DNA of 64,000 nucleotides from Kofleriaceae bacterium (GCA_046597055.1 JBKJLC010000237.1:64001-128000); one strand, 5' to 3'. Shown: positions 11,825 through 25,316, counted from the first letter of the stretch. Made by a program: numbers and translations. The notes: a model not told the origin generated them from the sequence alone.

Positions 11825-12736
11825 CTAGTCCGGCAACGACGCTAGCGCCTGCTCTATTGCGGTGTACACCGCCAGCGCGGGGCGAAGCAACGAAACATCG
11901 TGGGTCCGCACCACGTGCGCGCCATGGCGCACCGCCGCCAGGCACGCGCCGACCGTGCCGGCATCCACGGCCGCCGGGTCGGTCGCCGCCGCCCCCGACC
12001 GCCGCGTCCCGATCAGCCGGCTGATGAAGCGCTTCCTCGACGGCCCGACCAGCACCGGCCGCCCGAGCGCGTGGGCGAGATCACTCGCATGGGCGATCAG
12101 CGCCGCGTTGCCCTGCCCGTCCGCGCCCTTCCCGAAGCCCAGTCCGGGGTCGACGATCGTGCGGCCGCGCAGCGACGGCGGCATCGCGGCCAGCCGGGCC
12201 CCCAGCTCGGCTGCGACCTCGCGCCAGGTGGCCGGGACCTCGGCGGCGAAGACCTCGGCCAGGCTCACGCCGCGGAGGTGACTGCACACGTAGGCGACCC
12301 CGGCCGCCGCCGTGACGGCGATCATGTCCGGATCGAAGCCGCCCCCGGACACGTCGTTGACGACGTCCGCCCCGGCGGCGACCGCCGCGGCCGCGACCGC
12401 GGCCTTGGTGGTGTCGACCGAGAGGACCGCCCCGGTGCGGGCGGCCAGGCCGGCCAGGACCGGGACCACCCGCGCGATCTCGATCGCGGCGGTGACCGGC
12501 TGGGCCCGGGGGTTGGTCGCCTCGCCGCCGACATCGAGCAGGTCGGCGCCGGCCTCCCACAGGGCGACACCATGGGCGATCGCGGCCTCGGTGTCGAGGT
12601 AACGACCGCCGTCGGAGAACGAGTCGGGCGTGACGTTGACCACACCCATCACGAGCACCTCGTCCCACGCCAGCGCGGAGACGACCCGCCCGACGCGAGG
12701 CAGCAACACGATCGGTGGCGGAACGAACCGGCTCAC
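11825..12736 (-). CDS. folP: Dihydropteroate synthase
   Basis: MGVVNVTPDSFSDGG, DPGLGFGK, SRKRF and RTHDV motifs. Confidence 0.96.
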   Translation of the reverse strand: MSRFVPPPIVLLPRVGRVVSALAWDEVLVMGVVNVTPDSFSDGGRYLDTEAAIAHGVALWEAGADLLDVGGEATNPRAQPVTAAIEIARVVPVLAGLAARTGAVLSVDTTKAAVAAAAVAAGADVVNDVSGGGFDPDMIAVTAAAGVAYVCSHLRGVSLAEVFAAEVPATWREVAAELGARLAAMPPSLRGRTIVDPGLGFGKGADGQGNAALIAHASDLAHALGRPVLVGPSRKRFISRLIGTRRSGAAATDPAAVDAGTVGACLAAVRHGAHVVRTHDVSLLRPALAVYTAIEQALASLPD

Positions 12737-12749
12737 CGATCGTCCACGC

Positions 12750-14708
<1,959 letters not shown>

Positions 14709-14750
14709 ATCGACCTGCCTTCTCGTCGGGGAGACCCGCGGGGCTGCGTG

Positions 14751-14756
14751 AGTATA
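14751..14756 (-). promoter_or_regulatory. Putative -10 element of the ftsH promoter
   Basis: TATACT on the minus strand in the tilS-ftsH gap. Confidence 0.45.
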
Positions 14757-14804
14757 CCTGCGGGTGCGCACCGGACCAGCTGCGATCGCAGCCATCTGAC
14801 CTGG

Positions 14805-16043
14805 TTAACCAGGTAGGTCGGCGCCCGCCTCGTCCTCGGCCCCGGCGCGCAGCGTCAGCGTGATTCCGTGGGCGATCCCCACGTGCTCGGCCCAGACGAT
14901 CGTCCCGTCCGCGCGCTCGATCACCCTCGCGATTCGTCGCTGCGACCGCGGCAGCTTGGCGTCCCCGTAGAGATCGGACAGCTTGCGCGACCGGCCGTGC
15001 AGGCGGGCCGGTCGCATCCGGTCGCCGGGTTGCCACGGCCGCAGGTGGTAGGGCCCGTCGGGGCCCTCGACGCCCGGCGCGGGCGGGATCGTCTGCGGTC
15101 CGACCGATGCGCGGACCAACCGGTCGTAGACCCGCTCGACCCGACCCCCGGGCAGGTCGATCCCGCGGGTCCCCGCGGTTGGGGCCCGGACCAGCGCCAG
15201 GATCGCCTCGAGATGCACCGCCTCGACGCCGAGCGTCGGGCGCAGCCAGCGGGCGATCGCGCGCTTGGCGATCGGGGCGGGCGCGGTGGCCAGCGGGGCG
15301 CACGCGAGGCCATCACCCGGGAGCGCGGCGCGACGCGCCGTGGCGAGGAGCGGCGCGGCCTGCTCGGCGAGCACGGCGGCATCCTCGGCGGCCGACGCGG
15401 CCAGCCGGCACAGCGCCTCCTCGATCCGCGGGTTGAGCTCGCCCAGCGCCGGCAGCAGCTCGCGCCGGACCCGTACCCGCGTGAACCGGCGGTCGTCGTT
15501 CATCGGGTCGCGCCACGGCGAGAGCACGGCCGCCGCCGCGTAGGCCAGCACCTCCGCGCGCGACACCGCGAGCAGCGGCCGCACGAACACGCCGCGCACC
15601 GGGAGGATTCCCACCAGGCCGTCGGGCCCGCTGCCGCGCGCCAGCCGGAGGAGGACGGTCTCGGCTTGATCGCTCGCGGTGTGGGCGGTCGCGATCAGCT
15701 CGCCGGGGACCAGCGCGGCGAGCGCCCGGTAGCGCGCGTGGCGCGCCTGCGCCTCCCACGACGCGCCGGTGGCGACGGTGACCGCGGCCACCTGCACCGG
15801 ATGACCCCGGGCCGCAGCCCACGCGACCGCGTGCGCGCGCGCCGCCGCGCTGGCGGCGACGCCATGGTCGACGTGGAGCAGCACGACCTCGCCGGCGCCG
15901 AGCGCGGCCGCGGCGGCGGCGGCCAGCACGCTCGAATCAGGGCCCCCGGAGAACGCGACGTGAACCCGGCGCAGGCCCCGCCGGGCCAGCGCCAGCCCGA
16001 CGACGGCGCGGATGCGTGCGACGGCGTCCACGCCGCGGAGCAT
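14805..16043 (-). CDS. tilS: tRNA(Ile)-lysidine synthetase
   Basis: PP-loop FSGGPDS, HVDHG, ARHARY, TAHTASDQAET; canonical position upstream of ftsH. Confidence 0.93.
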   Translation of the reverse strand: MLRGVDAVARIRAVVGLALARRGLRRVHVAFSGGPDSSVLAAAAAAALGAGEVVLLHVDHGVAASAAARAHAVAWAAARGHPVQVAAVTVATGASWEAQARHARYRALAALVPGELIATAHTASDQAETVLLRLARGSGPDGLVGILPVRGVFVRPLLAVSRAEVLAYAAAAVLSPWRDPMNDDRRFTRVRVRRELLPALGELNPRIEEALCRLAASAAEDAAVLAEQAAPLLATARRAALPGDGLACAPLATAPAPIAKRAIARWLRPTLGVEAVHLEAILALVRAPTAGTRGIDLPGGRVERVYDRLVRASVGPQTIPPAPGVEGPDGPYHLRPWQPGDRMRPARLHGRSRKLSDLYGDAKLPRSQRRIARVIERADGTIVWAEHVGIAHGITLTLRAGAEDEAGADLPG

Positions 16044-16106
16044 ACGCTCGGATGTGCCCCGGGCGAGGTTGCGCCCTGTCCCGGCCGCCACTACGTTGCG
16101 CGACCC

Positions 16107-17786
16107 ATGACCGAGCCGCCGCCCCCGCCCCCCGGCGGTCCCCTCGCCCGTCTGCGTGCTCAGCTCGCCGGTCCCCGTGGCATGCGCAGGGTCGACGCCC
16201 TGCTCGAGAGCCCCGACGCCCCGGCGGCGGTGGCCGCGCTGTCGGTCACCGAGCTGTACGAGCTGATCACCGAGGTCGGCCTGAACGACGCGTCGGAGCT
16301 GGTGCACCTGGCGACGCCCGAGCAGATCCGCGGCTGCTTCGACCTCGAGGTCTGGGAAAAGGATCATCCCAACATGGACCTGGCGCGGCCCTGGCTGGCT
16401 GCGCTGATGGACGCCGGGTTCGAGAAGGTCGGACAGGTGTGGGCGGGGCTCGATGCCGAGTGGCGCGCGCTCTACATCAAGCGCTACACCGAGCTGTTCG
16501 ACATCACCAACGACCAGAACATGGACATCGACGACTCCGACGGCGCGCCGATCTACTTCACGCCCGACCGGACCTTCGCGATCAAGCTGCTCGGCGACGA
16601 GGAGACCAACCGGCTGGTGATGGCGCTGATCGACGACCTGTACCGGGCCGACCTCAACCTCGCCCGCCACACCCTGATGGCCGCCGACACCGAGGGCACC
16701 GCGTATCTCGAGGAGCAGTGCTACCGGTGGCGGTCGGGGCGGCTCGCCGACCTCGGCTACGTGGACTTCTACGACGCGCTCGATCTGTTCCAGCCGCTCG
16801 AGCCCGACGCGGTCAAGATCGGCGAGGGCAGCCAGGACCAGTTCGCCGCCGAGCACGACGACCTGGGCCCGAACGTGCTGCCGATGACGGTCGCCGAGCA
16901 GGTGGTCTCGCGAAACTTCCTGGCCCGCGCCTGGGGCCGGATCGTCGATCCGATCGAGGAGGAGCGGCTCGAGGGCGCGCTGGTGCTGCTGGTCAACAAG
17001 GTCCTCGCGGCGGCGCGGGCGCGGCCCGGCGATCAGGCGACCGTGCGGGCTGGCGCCGACTACGCCACCGCGACCGTCTCGCTCGGGCTCGAGGTGCTGT
17101 CGCGCGGCGACCTCGATCGCGCGGCGCAGGCGCTGCGCTCGGTGTCGATGACCCGCCTGCACCGGGTCGGCTACACGGTGGCGGTGAAGCTGTCGCGGCT
17201 GGCGCGTGGGCTAGCGCCGCGGGCCGCCACCGCCGACTCGTCCGAGGCCGCGACCGTCGCCGCGCTGGTCGGCGCGCGGCCCTGGTTCCCGCGGGTGCTC
17301 GACGAGCCGAGCAAGCCGGGCGTGCGGCCGTTCGAGTCGCAGGCCGACGTGCGCCGGGTCGCCGAGCTGCTGGCCCGCCTGACCCTGCGCATCGCGGTGG
17401 CCGAGAGCCTCGGCCTGCACCTCATCGGCATGAACGAGGTGCCCGAGCCGCGGCCGGGGCTCGACGACCACGTGCGCACCGCGATGGTGCGGGTGCTCGC
17501 GGGCGGACCGCTCGAGCCGCGCGCGGTCACCGAGGACGAGCTGCGCGCGGCGGCCAAGGTACTCGAGCGCGGCGCGCTGCCGGGGTCGGCGCGGGCGCGG
17601 GCGCAGAGCGCGGTGATGGGCCAGCTCGATGCCGGGCGTCTCGAGGCCGGCGGCACCCAGCTGCTGGCGCTCATCGACGGCTGGCTCGCCGACGTCGAGC
17701 AGGTGCTCGCCAGCCTCGAGCCCGACCGGATCGATCCGCGGTTCGTCGAGGGCGTCCTCGTGACGACCGCCCACCTGCGCAGCTAG
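16107..17786 (+). CDS. Conserved deltaproteobacterial/myxobacterial protein (DUF6178-like)
   Basis: ATPEQ...FDLEVW and EEQCYRWRSGRLADLG pattern recalled for this family; GC3-biased frame. Confidence 0.65.
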   Translation: MTEPPPPPPGGPLARLRAQLAGPRGMRRVDALLESPDAPAAVAALSVTELYELITEVGLNDASELVHLATPEQIRGCFDLEVWEKDHPNMDLARPWLAALMDAGFEKVGQVWAGLDAEWRALYIKRYTELFDITNDQNMDIDDSDGAPIYFTPDRTFAIKLLGDEETNRLVMALIDDLYRADLNLARHTLMAADTEGTAYLEEQCYRWRSGRLADLGYVDFYDALDLFQPLEPDAVKIGEGSQDQFAAEHDDLGPNVLPMTVAEQVVSRNFLARAWGRIVDPIEEERLEGALVLLVNKVLAAARARPGDQATVRAGADYATATVSLGLEVLSRGDLDRAAQALRSVSMTRLHRVGYTVAVKLSRLARGLAPRAATADSSEAATVAALVGARPWFPRVLDEPSKPGVRPFESQADVRRVAELLARLTLRIAVAESLGLHLIGMNEVPEPRPGLDDHVRTAMVRVLAGGPLEPRAVTEDELRAAAKVLERGALPGSARARAQSAVMGQLDAGRLEAGGTQLLALIDGWLADVEQVLASLEPDRIDPRFVEGVLVTTAHLRS

Positions 17787-17827
17787 CCTGGCAGCGCGCG
17801 TGGGCCTCGAGCGCACGTGCGCTGCGG

Positions 17828-18547
17828 CTATTCACTGGGTAGGGGGCCGAGGGTGGCTTCGAGCTTGAAGGTCGCGGCGGCGGCCGCGCTCTGCTCGGCC
17901 TCCTTCTTGGAGCCGCCCTCGGCCCGGGCCCACTCGTCGGCGCCGATCATGACCGCGACCACGAACCGCTTGGCGTGGTCGGGTCCGATCTCGCCGATGA
18001 CCCGGTAGGTCACCTGCTCCTTGAGCCGCGCCTGCGCCATCTCCTGCAGGCGGGTCTTGAAGTCGTAGAAGCCGGTGAACTCCACGGTCTCGATCCGGGC
18101 GCCGAGCAGCCGGCCGACCAGCGCCCACGCCGCGTCGAAGCCGCCGTCGATGTAGACCGCGCCGAGCACGGCCTCGAAGGCGTCGGCCAGGATCGACTTC
18201 TTCTGGCGCCCGCCGCTGCGCTCCTCGCCCTTGCCGAGCTTCACCCACGCGCCGAGGTCGAGCCGGGCTGCGGTCTCGGCCAGGCCGGCCTCGCTCACGA
18301 CCTGGGCGCGGGTCACGGTCAGGACGCCTTCGCCGAGCTGGGGGTAGCGGTCCATCAAGCGATGGCCGACGATGAGGTCGAGCACCGCGTCGCCGAGGTA
18401 CTCGAGCCGCTGGTTGTCACGCCCGGGCTCGTCGGGGTGCTCGTTGGCCCACGAGGTGTGGCGCAGCGCGAGCTCGAGCTTCGCCGGATCGCGAAAGTGA
18501 TAGCCGAGGACCACCTCGAGCGCGTCGTAGTCGGTGCGGCCCACCAC
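17828..18547 (-). CDS. rnc: Ribonuclease III
   Basis: Signature NQRLEYLGDAVL, ADAFEAVLGAVYIDGG; C-terminal dsRBD (DFKTRLQE...GPDHAKRF...SKKEAEQSAA). Confidence 0.97.
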   Translation of the reverse strand: MVGRTDYDALEVVLGYHFRDPAKLELALRHTSWANEHPDEPGRDNQRLEYLGDAVLDLIVGHRLMDRYPQLGEGVLTVTRAQVVSEAGLAETAARLDLGAWVKLGKGEERSGGRQKKSILADAFEAVLGAVYIDGGFDAAWALVGRLLGARIETVEFTGFYDFKTRLQEMAQARLKEQVTYRVIGEIGPDHAKRFVVAVMIGADEWARAEGGSKKEAEQSAAAAATFKLEATLGPLPSE

Positions 18548-18575
18548 GGCGGGACCATACCAGCTACCATCGCGG

Positions 18576-21500
18576 ATGGTGGAGGCGGCACGCGCGCGCA
18601 TCGGCCGATATCACGTGCTCGGCCGGCTGGCCCAGGGCGGGATGGCCGAGGTGTACAAGGTGAAGACCGTCGGGATCGCGGGCTTCGAGAAGGTCCAGGC
18701 GCTCAAGCGGATCCTGCCGCACCAGGCCAAGGAGCCTCGGTTCATCCGCTCGTTCGTTGACGAGGCGCGCATCGCGGTCGAGCTGTCGCACCGCAACATC
18801 GTGCAGGTGTTCGATTTCGGCGAGGCCGACGGCGACCTGTACCTCGCGATGGAGCTGATCGAGGGCAAGGACCTGCGGACCGCGCAGGTCGAGGCCGCCG
18901 CCTACGCCCTGCCCTTGCCGGCCAACCTGGCCGCCTACGTCATCGCCGAGATCGGCGCCGGCCTCGACTACGCGCACCGCAAGGTCGACGGCATGGGTGG
19001 CTCGCTCGGCATCGTCCACTGCGACGTGTCGCCGGCCAACGTGATGCTGTCGACCGAGGGCTACGTGAAGATCCTCGACTTCGGCGTGGCCCGCGCCAGC
19101 TTCGCCAGCGCGGTCGAGCGGCGGCGCCTGCGCGGCAAGCCACGCTACATGGCGCCCGAGCAGACCTACGGCGAGACTCCGACCCCGGCGACCGACGTGT
19201 TCGCGCTCGGGATCGTCGCGTGGGAGCTCCTGACCGGCGCGCCGCTGTTCGACGGCGCCGATCTCAAGTCGATCTTGCACGCGGTCCGGCGCGGCCAGGC
19301 GCCGCGGGTCGACCGGCTGGCGCCCGACGTGCCCGACGAGCTGGTCGCCGCGGTCGCGCGCGCGCTGGTGCTCGAGCCGCTCGAGCGCGGCACCGCGGCC
19401 GATCTCGCGGGCGCCGCGGCGGCGACCGCGGCCGGCGCCGGGCCCCGCGCGCTGGCGGCGTGGCTCGACGAGCTGAACCGGCGCGGCGCGGTGCCCGAGC
19501 CGTTCACCGACGCCGCCCCCGGACCCGCGGTGATCGAGCTGACGTCCGACACCGTGACCCGCGCACCGCCGGAGCCGCCGGCGGTGGCCGAGCCGGCCGC
19601 GACGACCCGGCTGCGGCGCCGGCTGACGGCGCCGGCGCCCGACGAGGACCTGCCGACCCGGGTCCACGGCGCGGCGGTCACCAGCACCACGGCGGCCGCG
19701 CTGCGCGAGCTGGCGGCGCTCGAGGTCGCGATGCACGAGCCGACCCGGCTCGAGCTGCCGTCGTTCATGTGGGAGGGCATGGACGTCGACGCCGCCGACG
19801 AGCGCCTGGTGCCCGGGCTGGCCAGCAGCCTCGGCGCGGTGGCGGCGATCATGACGGGGGCCGGCACCGGGTCTGGCGTCGGCACTGGCACCGGGCTGGA
19901 CCTCGGCACCGGGCCCCGGCGCGGCTCTGGGCTGATCGGGCTGGCCTCGCTCGACGAGTCGACCGAGCTGCCGGCCGCGGCCTGGACCGGCGACCTGACC
20001 CATGCCGGGCCCGGCTACCTCGAGTCGATCGACGACCCGGCCCCGCTGGCGAGGGTCCCGCGGCTGCCCGAGCACCGGCGCGCGGTGATCGTCGCGGCCG
20101 CGATCGACGGCCCGCCCGAGGTCACCGCCCGGCTGGCGCAGACGCTCGGGGAGCTCGCCTACCGGCGCGGCGGGCTGGTGGTCGCCGACGATCCGGTGGT
20201 CGCCTTCGGGCTCGAGACCGCGTCCGAGGAGGACGCCGCGACCGCGCTGGCGTTCGCGCTCGACGCCCAGCTGGCGGCGCGCGAGGCGCGGGGGCCGGTG
20301 GTGCGGATCGGCGCCCGGGCCGGCGTGACGATCGGCGGCCTGCTCGGCGGCGGCCTGGCCCGGCCCCGGGTCCCGGCCGACGCGCTCGACGAGGCGCGGG
20401 CGCTGGCCCGCGAGGCGCCTCCCGAGCGACCGCTGCTGTCGGGGCCGCCGGGCCGGCTCGCCACCGCCAGCTTCCATCTGCGCGAGCAGCCGGCCCCGCG
20501 CCGCCTGCACCGACGTCACCGCGCGGTCGAGGTCGCCGGCCGCCGCACCGTCGACGAGCGGGCGCGCCTGCTGGTCCGCCGCGGGGGGTTCGTCGGCCGC
20601 GCCGGCGAGCTGGCCGCGCTGACCGCGATCTTCGAGCGCGCGGTCGCGGGCCGGGTCCGGCGGACCGCGCTGGTGCGGGGCCGGGCTGGCGCCGGCAAGA
20701 GCCGCCTGCTCGCCGAGCTGCGGGCCCGGATGAGCGCAGCCGGCGTGCTGGTGGTCGCCGCCGCGGCCAGCCCGGGCAGCCGCCTCGAGCCGTTCGGGCT
20801 GGCGGTCGAGCTGGGGCTCGCGCTGTGCGACGTGCCGGCCGAGCGGGGTCGCGAGGCCCGCGGTCGCGCCGGCCAGCGGCTCGCGCGCGTGCTCGAGCGC
20901 AGCGGGCTGCCGCTGGCGAGCGCCGCGCAGGCGATCGACGCGTTCGCCACCGCGATGGAGCTGCGCGACGGCCAGGCGCCGGCCACCCCGCCGCCCGACG
21001 AGCTGCGCGGGCAGCTGGTCGCGTGCCTGACCGCGGTCGCGACCGCCGAGCACCCGGGCCGGCCGAGGCTGATCGTGATCGAGGATCTCCACCTCGCCGA
21101 TCCGGCCAGCCTCCCGGTGGTCCACGCGTGGGCCGCCGGGGCCGCCGATCGCGGCGAGCTGATCGTGATGACCGCGCGATCGCATCACCCGGGCGGCGCG
21201 GTCGACCTCGCGATCGAGCTCGGCGAGCTGGACGGCACCGACGCCGACGCGCTGGCCGCCGATCGCCTGGCCGACGCCGCCTCGGCCGAGACCATCGCCG
21301 CGGTGCTGGCGCGAGCCGGCCGCCTGCCGCTCCTGATCGAGGAGGTCGCGGCCGCGGTCCACGACGGCGTCGCCGAGATCCCGCCGGCGGCGCGCGACGC
21401 GATCGCGGCGCAGGCCGCCCTGCTCGAGCCGGGCGCGCGGCTGGTGCTGCAGCACGCCGCGGTCGCCGGCGAGCCGGTGCGCGCGTCGATCCTCGCCGAG

Positions 21501-23138
21501 CTGCTCGGCGCCGGCGAGCTCACCGCCGAGCTGGCCGCGCTGTGCGAGCGCGGCCTGTTCGCGCGCGAGGGCGGCGCGCCCGACGCGCCGGTCGGGTTCG
21601 CGTGCGGCCTGGTCCGCGAGGCGATCTACGACGCGCTGTCGCCGCGGGCGCGGCGCGATGCCCACGCCCGGGTCGGCCGGGTCCACGCCGGGCGCTTTCA
21701 CCTCCATCGCGACGAGCCGCCGGCCGCGATCGCGGCCCACCTCGAGCTCGGCGGCGATCGCGCCGGCGCCGCCGCGTTCTGGCTGCGCGCGGCCCGCGAC
21801 GCCATCGCCACCCGCGACCTCACCGGCGCGCTCGGCCATCTCGACCGCACGCTCGCGCTCGAGGCCGAGCTGGGCGGACCGCCCCCGAGCGCGGCGTCGG
21901 CGGCGCGGCGCTGGGAGGCGCGCCTGGGCCGCGAGGCGATCTACCGGGCGCGCGGCGACCTCGACACCCACGCCGAGGATCTCGACGAGCTGGCCGCGCT
22001 CGCGGGCGACGATCGGGTCGGGCTGGCCGAGGTCGCGGTGCGGCGCGCGGCCCGGCTGGTCCGGCGCGGCGCCGCCAGCGGCGACGCCGCCAGCACCGAC
22101 GCGGTGGCGTGCGCCGACCTCGCCGGTGACGACCGGCTGCGCGGGGGGGCGCTGATCGTGCGCTGCGTCGCCGCCGGCCAGCGCGCGCGGTTCGGCGAGG
22201 CCCGCGCGACCCTGGCGCAGGCGACCGCGATCGGGCGCGGCCCGGCCGGCGACGACCCCGCGGCCGCGCTCGCGATGGCCCAGCTCCAGCTGTGGCGCGG
22301 CGCGGTCGACGGCGCCCGCGACACCGCCGGCCGGGTGATGACGGCCCTGGAGCGCGGCGGCGATCCCGAGCTCGAGCGCGCGGCGCGGCGGCTGCTCGCG
22401 CACGTGCAGCTGTGCCTGGGCGATTATCTCGACGCCGCGGCCCACGCGACCCGCGCCCGCGAGCTCGACGATCGGGTCGGCGATCGCCTCGGGCGCTGCG
22501 AGTCGATCGCGGTCGCCGCCGCGATCGCGGCCCACGTCGGCCGGTTCGGCGATGCCGCCGCCGGCTTCGCGGCCGCGCTCGAGCCGGGCCCAGGCCCGTC
22601 GTGGGCGCGGGCCCAGGCGCTGGTGTGGGCCGGCGAGGCCGAGCTCGGCCGCGGCACCGGCGGGGCCCGGGCCCGGTTCACCGAGGCGCTCGAGCTGGCC
22701 CGCGACCTGCGCGCGCCGTACCTCGAGGCGCGCGCGCTGACCGGCCTGGCCGGCGCGGCCCTCGGGGTCGACGATGCCGGCGCGGTCGAGCACGCCACCC
22801 GCGGCCTCGAGCTCGCGACCAACCTCGAGCTGGGTGCCATCGCGGCGCTGGCCGCAGCCCGGCGCGCCCACGCCGCCCACGCGCTCGGGCTGGCCGCGGT
22901 CGCCGAGTCCGCGAGCGCGGCTGCGCTGGCCCGGCCCGAGGCCTGCCTGCTCGACACGCCGTGCGAGGAGGTCTGGCTGCGGATCGCCGACGTGTGCGCC
23001 GACCGCGACCCGGCGCACGCGACCGCGCTGCGCGACCAGGCCCGCGCCAGCGTCCACGCCAAGCTGCGCCGGGTAGGTGACGCCGCGGCGGCGGCCGCGC
23101 TGCGCGCCATGCCGCTGTACCGGGGGCTCCTGCCGTGA
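18576..23138 (+). CDS. Ser/Thr kinase fused to a degenerate class III cyclase-like domain, an AAA/STAND ATPase and TPR-like helices
   Basis: GGMAEVY, ALKR, HCDVSPAN, DFG, YMAPE; FVGRAGE; P-loop GRAGAGKS; Walker B LIVIEDLH; long Ala-rich helical C-terminus. Confidence 0.85.
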   Translation: MVEAARARIGRYHVLGRLAQGGMAEVYKVKTVGIAGFEKVQALKRILPHQAKEPRFIRSFVDEARIAVELSHRNIVQVFDFGEADGDLYLAMELIEGKDLRTAQVEAAAYALPLPANLAAYVIAEIGAGLDYAHRKVDGMGGSLGIVHCDVSPANVMLSTEGYVKILDFGVARASFASAVERRRLRGKPRYMAPEQTYGETPTPATDVFALGIVAWELLTGAPLFDGADLKSILHAVRRGQAPRVDRLAPDVPDELVAAVARALVLEPLERGTAADLAGAAAATAAGAGPRALAAWLDELNRRGAVPEPFTDAAPGPAVIELTSDTVTRAPPEPPAVAEPAATTRLRRRLTAPAPDEDLPTRVHGAAVTSTTAAALRELAALEVAMHEPTRLELPSFMWEGMDVDAADERLVPGLASSLGAVAAIMTGAGTGSGVGTGTGLDLGTGPRRGSGLIGLASLDESTELPAAAWTGDLTHAGPGYLESIDDPAPLARVPRLPEHRRAVIVAAAIDGPPEVTARLAQTLGELAYRRGGLVVADDPVVAFGLETASEEDAATALAFALDAQLAAREARGPVVRIGARAGVTIGGLLGGGLARPRVPADALDEARALAREAPPERPLLSGPPGRLATASFHLREQPAPRRLHRRHRAVEVAGRRTVDERARLLVRRGGFVGRAGELAALTAIFERAVAGRVRRTALVRGRAGAGKSRLLAELRARMSAAGVLVVAAAASPGSRLEPFGLAVELGLALCDVPAERGREARGRAGQRLARVLERSGLPLASAAQAIDAFATAMELRDGQAPATPPPDELRGQLVACLTAVATAEHPGRPRLIVIEDLHLADPASLPVVHAWAAGAADRGELIVMTARSHHPGGAVDLAIELGELDGTDADALAADRLADAASAETIAAVLARAGRLPLLIEEVAAAVHDGVAEIPPAARDAIAAQAALLEPGARLVLQHAAVAGEPVRASILAELLGAGELTAELAALCERGLFAREGGAPDAPVGFACGLVREAIYDALSPRARRDAHARVGRVHAGRFHLHRDEPPAAIAAHLELGGDRAGAAAFWLRAARDAIATRDLTGALGHLDRTLALEAELGGPPPSAASAARRWEARLGREAIYRARGDLDTHAEDLDELAALAGDDRVGLAEVAVRRAARLVRRGAASGDAASTDAVACADLAGDDRLRGGALIVRCVAAGQRARFGEARATLAQATAIGRGPAGDDPAAALAMAQLQLWRGAVDGARDTAGRVMTALERGGDPELERAARRLLAHVQLCLGDYLDAAAHATRARELDDRVGDRLGRCESIAVAAAIAAHVGRFGDAAAGFAAALEPGPGPSWARAQALVWAGEAELGRGTGGARARFTEALELARDLRAPYLEARALTGLAGAALGVDDAGAVEHATRGLELATNLELGAIAALAAARRAHAAHALGLAAVAESASAAALARPEACLLDTPCEEVWLRIADVCADRDPAHATALRDQARASVHAKLRRVGDAAAAAALRAMPLYRGLLP

Positions 23139-23201
23139 CTGCCGCCTGACTTTGCCGATCTGAGGCGCAATCCCGCGGTCGGCGCAGGGCATCCTACCCG
23201 C

Positions 23202-24179
23202 ATGAAGATCGTCATCCCCGGTGGCACCGGCCAGCTCGGTCAGCTCCTGGTCCGCGAACTCGGCGCGGCCGGGCACCACGTGGTCGTGCTGGGTCGCAGG
23301 GCGGCGCCCGGCGTGATCGCGTGGGACGGCGAGACCCTGGGCGCGTGGGCCGACGAGATCGACGGGGCCGACGTCGTCATCAACCTCGCTGGCCGCACCG
23401 TCAACTGCCGCTACACCGAGGCCAACCTGCGCGAGATGCTCGACTCGCGGGTGCGCTCGACCACCGTGGTCGGCCTGGCGATCGCGCGCGCGCCGCGCCC
23501 GCCCCGGGTGTGGCTGCAGATGAGCACCGCGACGATCTACGCCCACACCCTCGACCGCGCGCAGGACGAGGCGTCCGGCCAGCTCGGCGGCGACGAGCCC
23601 GGCGTGCCGGCCTACTGGAAGCGCTCGGTCGACATCGCGCGGGCCTGGGAGGCCGCGCTCGACGCGGCGCCGACCCCGAGCACCCGCAAGGTGGCGCTGC
23701 GCACCGCGATGGTGATGGACCCCGAGCCCGGCGGCATCTTCGACGTGCTGTGCGGCCTGGTCCGACGCCGGCTGGGCGGGCCCGCCGCCGGGGGCGGCCA
23801 GTATGTGTCGTGGATCCACGACCGCGACTTCGTGCGCGCCATCCAGTTCCTGATCGCGAACGACGAGCTGTCGGGCCCGGTCAATTTGTGCGCCCCCGAG
23901 CCGCTGCCGCAGCGCGAGCACATGGCCGGGCTGCGCCGCGCGCTCGACGTCGGGCTCGGCCTGCCGGCGACCCGCTGGATGCTCGCGATCGGCGCGTGGG
24001 CGATGCGCACCGATCCCGAGCTCTTGCTCAAGAGCCGGCGGGTGGTGCCGGGCCGCCTGCGCGCGGCCGGCTTCACCTTCAGCCAGCCGGCGTGGCCGGC
24101 GGCCGCGGTCGAGCTGGTCGCGCGCTGGCGGGCGGCCCGGGCACCGAGCGCGCTGCGACCGGCGCGCGCCGCGAGCTGA
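23202..24179 (+). CDS. TIGR01777/YfcH-family NAD-dependent epimerase-like protein (DUF1731 C-terminus)
   Basis: GGTGQLG, VINLAG, SWIHDRD and LLKSRRVVP motifs. Confidence 0.9.
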   Translation: MKIVIPGGTGQLGQLLVRELGAAGHHVVVLGRRAAPGVIAWDGETLGAWADEIDGADVVINLAGRTVNCRYTEANLREMLDSRVRSTTVVGLAIARAPRPPRVWLQMSTATIYAHTLDRAQDEASGQLGGDEPGVPAYWKRSVDIARAWEAALDAAPTPSTRKVALRTAMVMDPEPGGIFDVLCGLVRRRLGGPAAGGGQYVSWIHDRDFVRAIQFLIANDELSGPVNLCAPEPLPQREHMAGLRRALDVGLGLPATRWMLAIGAWAMRTDPELLLKSRRVVPGRLRAAGFTFSQPAWPAAAVELVARWRAARAPSALRPARAAS

Positions 24180-24188
24180 CCGGGCCGG

Positions 24189-25316
<1,128 letters not shown>

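Noticed and set aside
18564..23921. 1785-aa minus-strand ORF, and similar long shadow ORFs such as 44770..48606, 12630..14816 and 34794..36779
   Set aside because: They are antisense to well-supported genes, Arg/Gly/Ala-rich and motif-free; this is expected when stop codons are rare at very high GC
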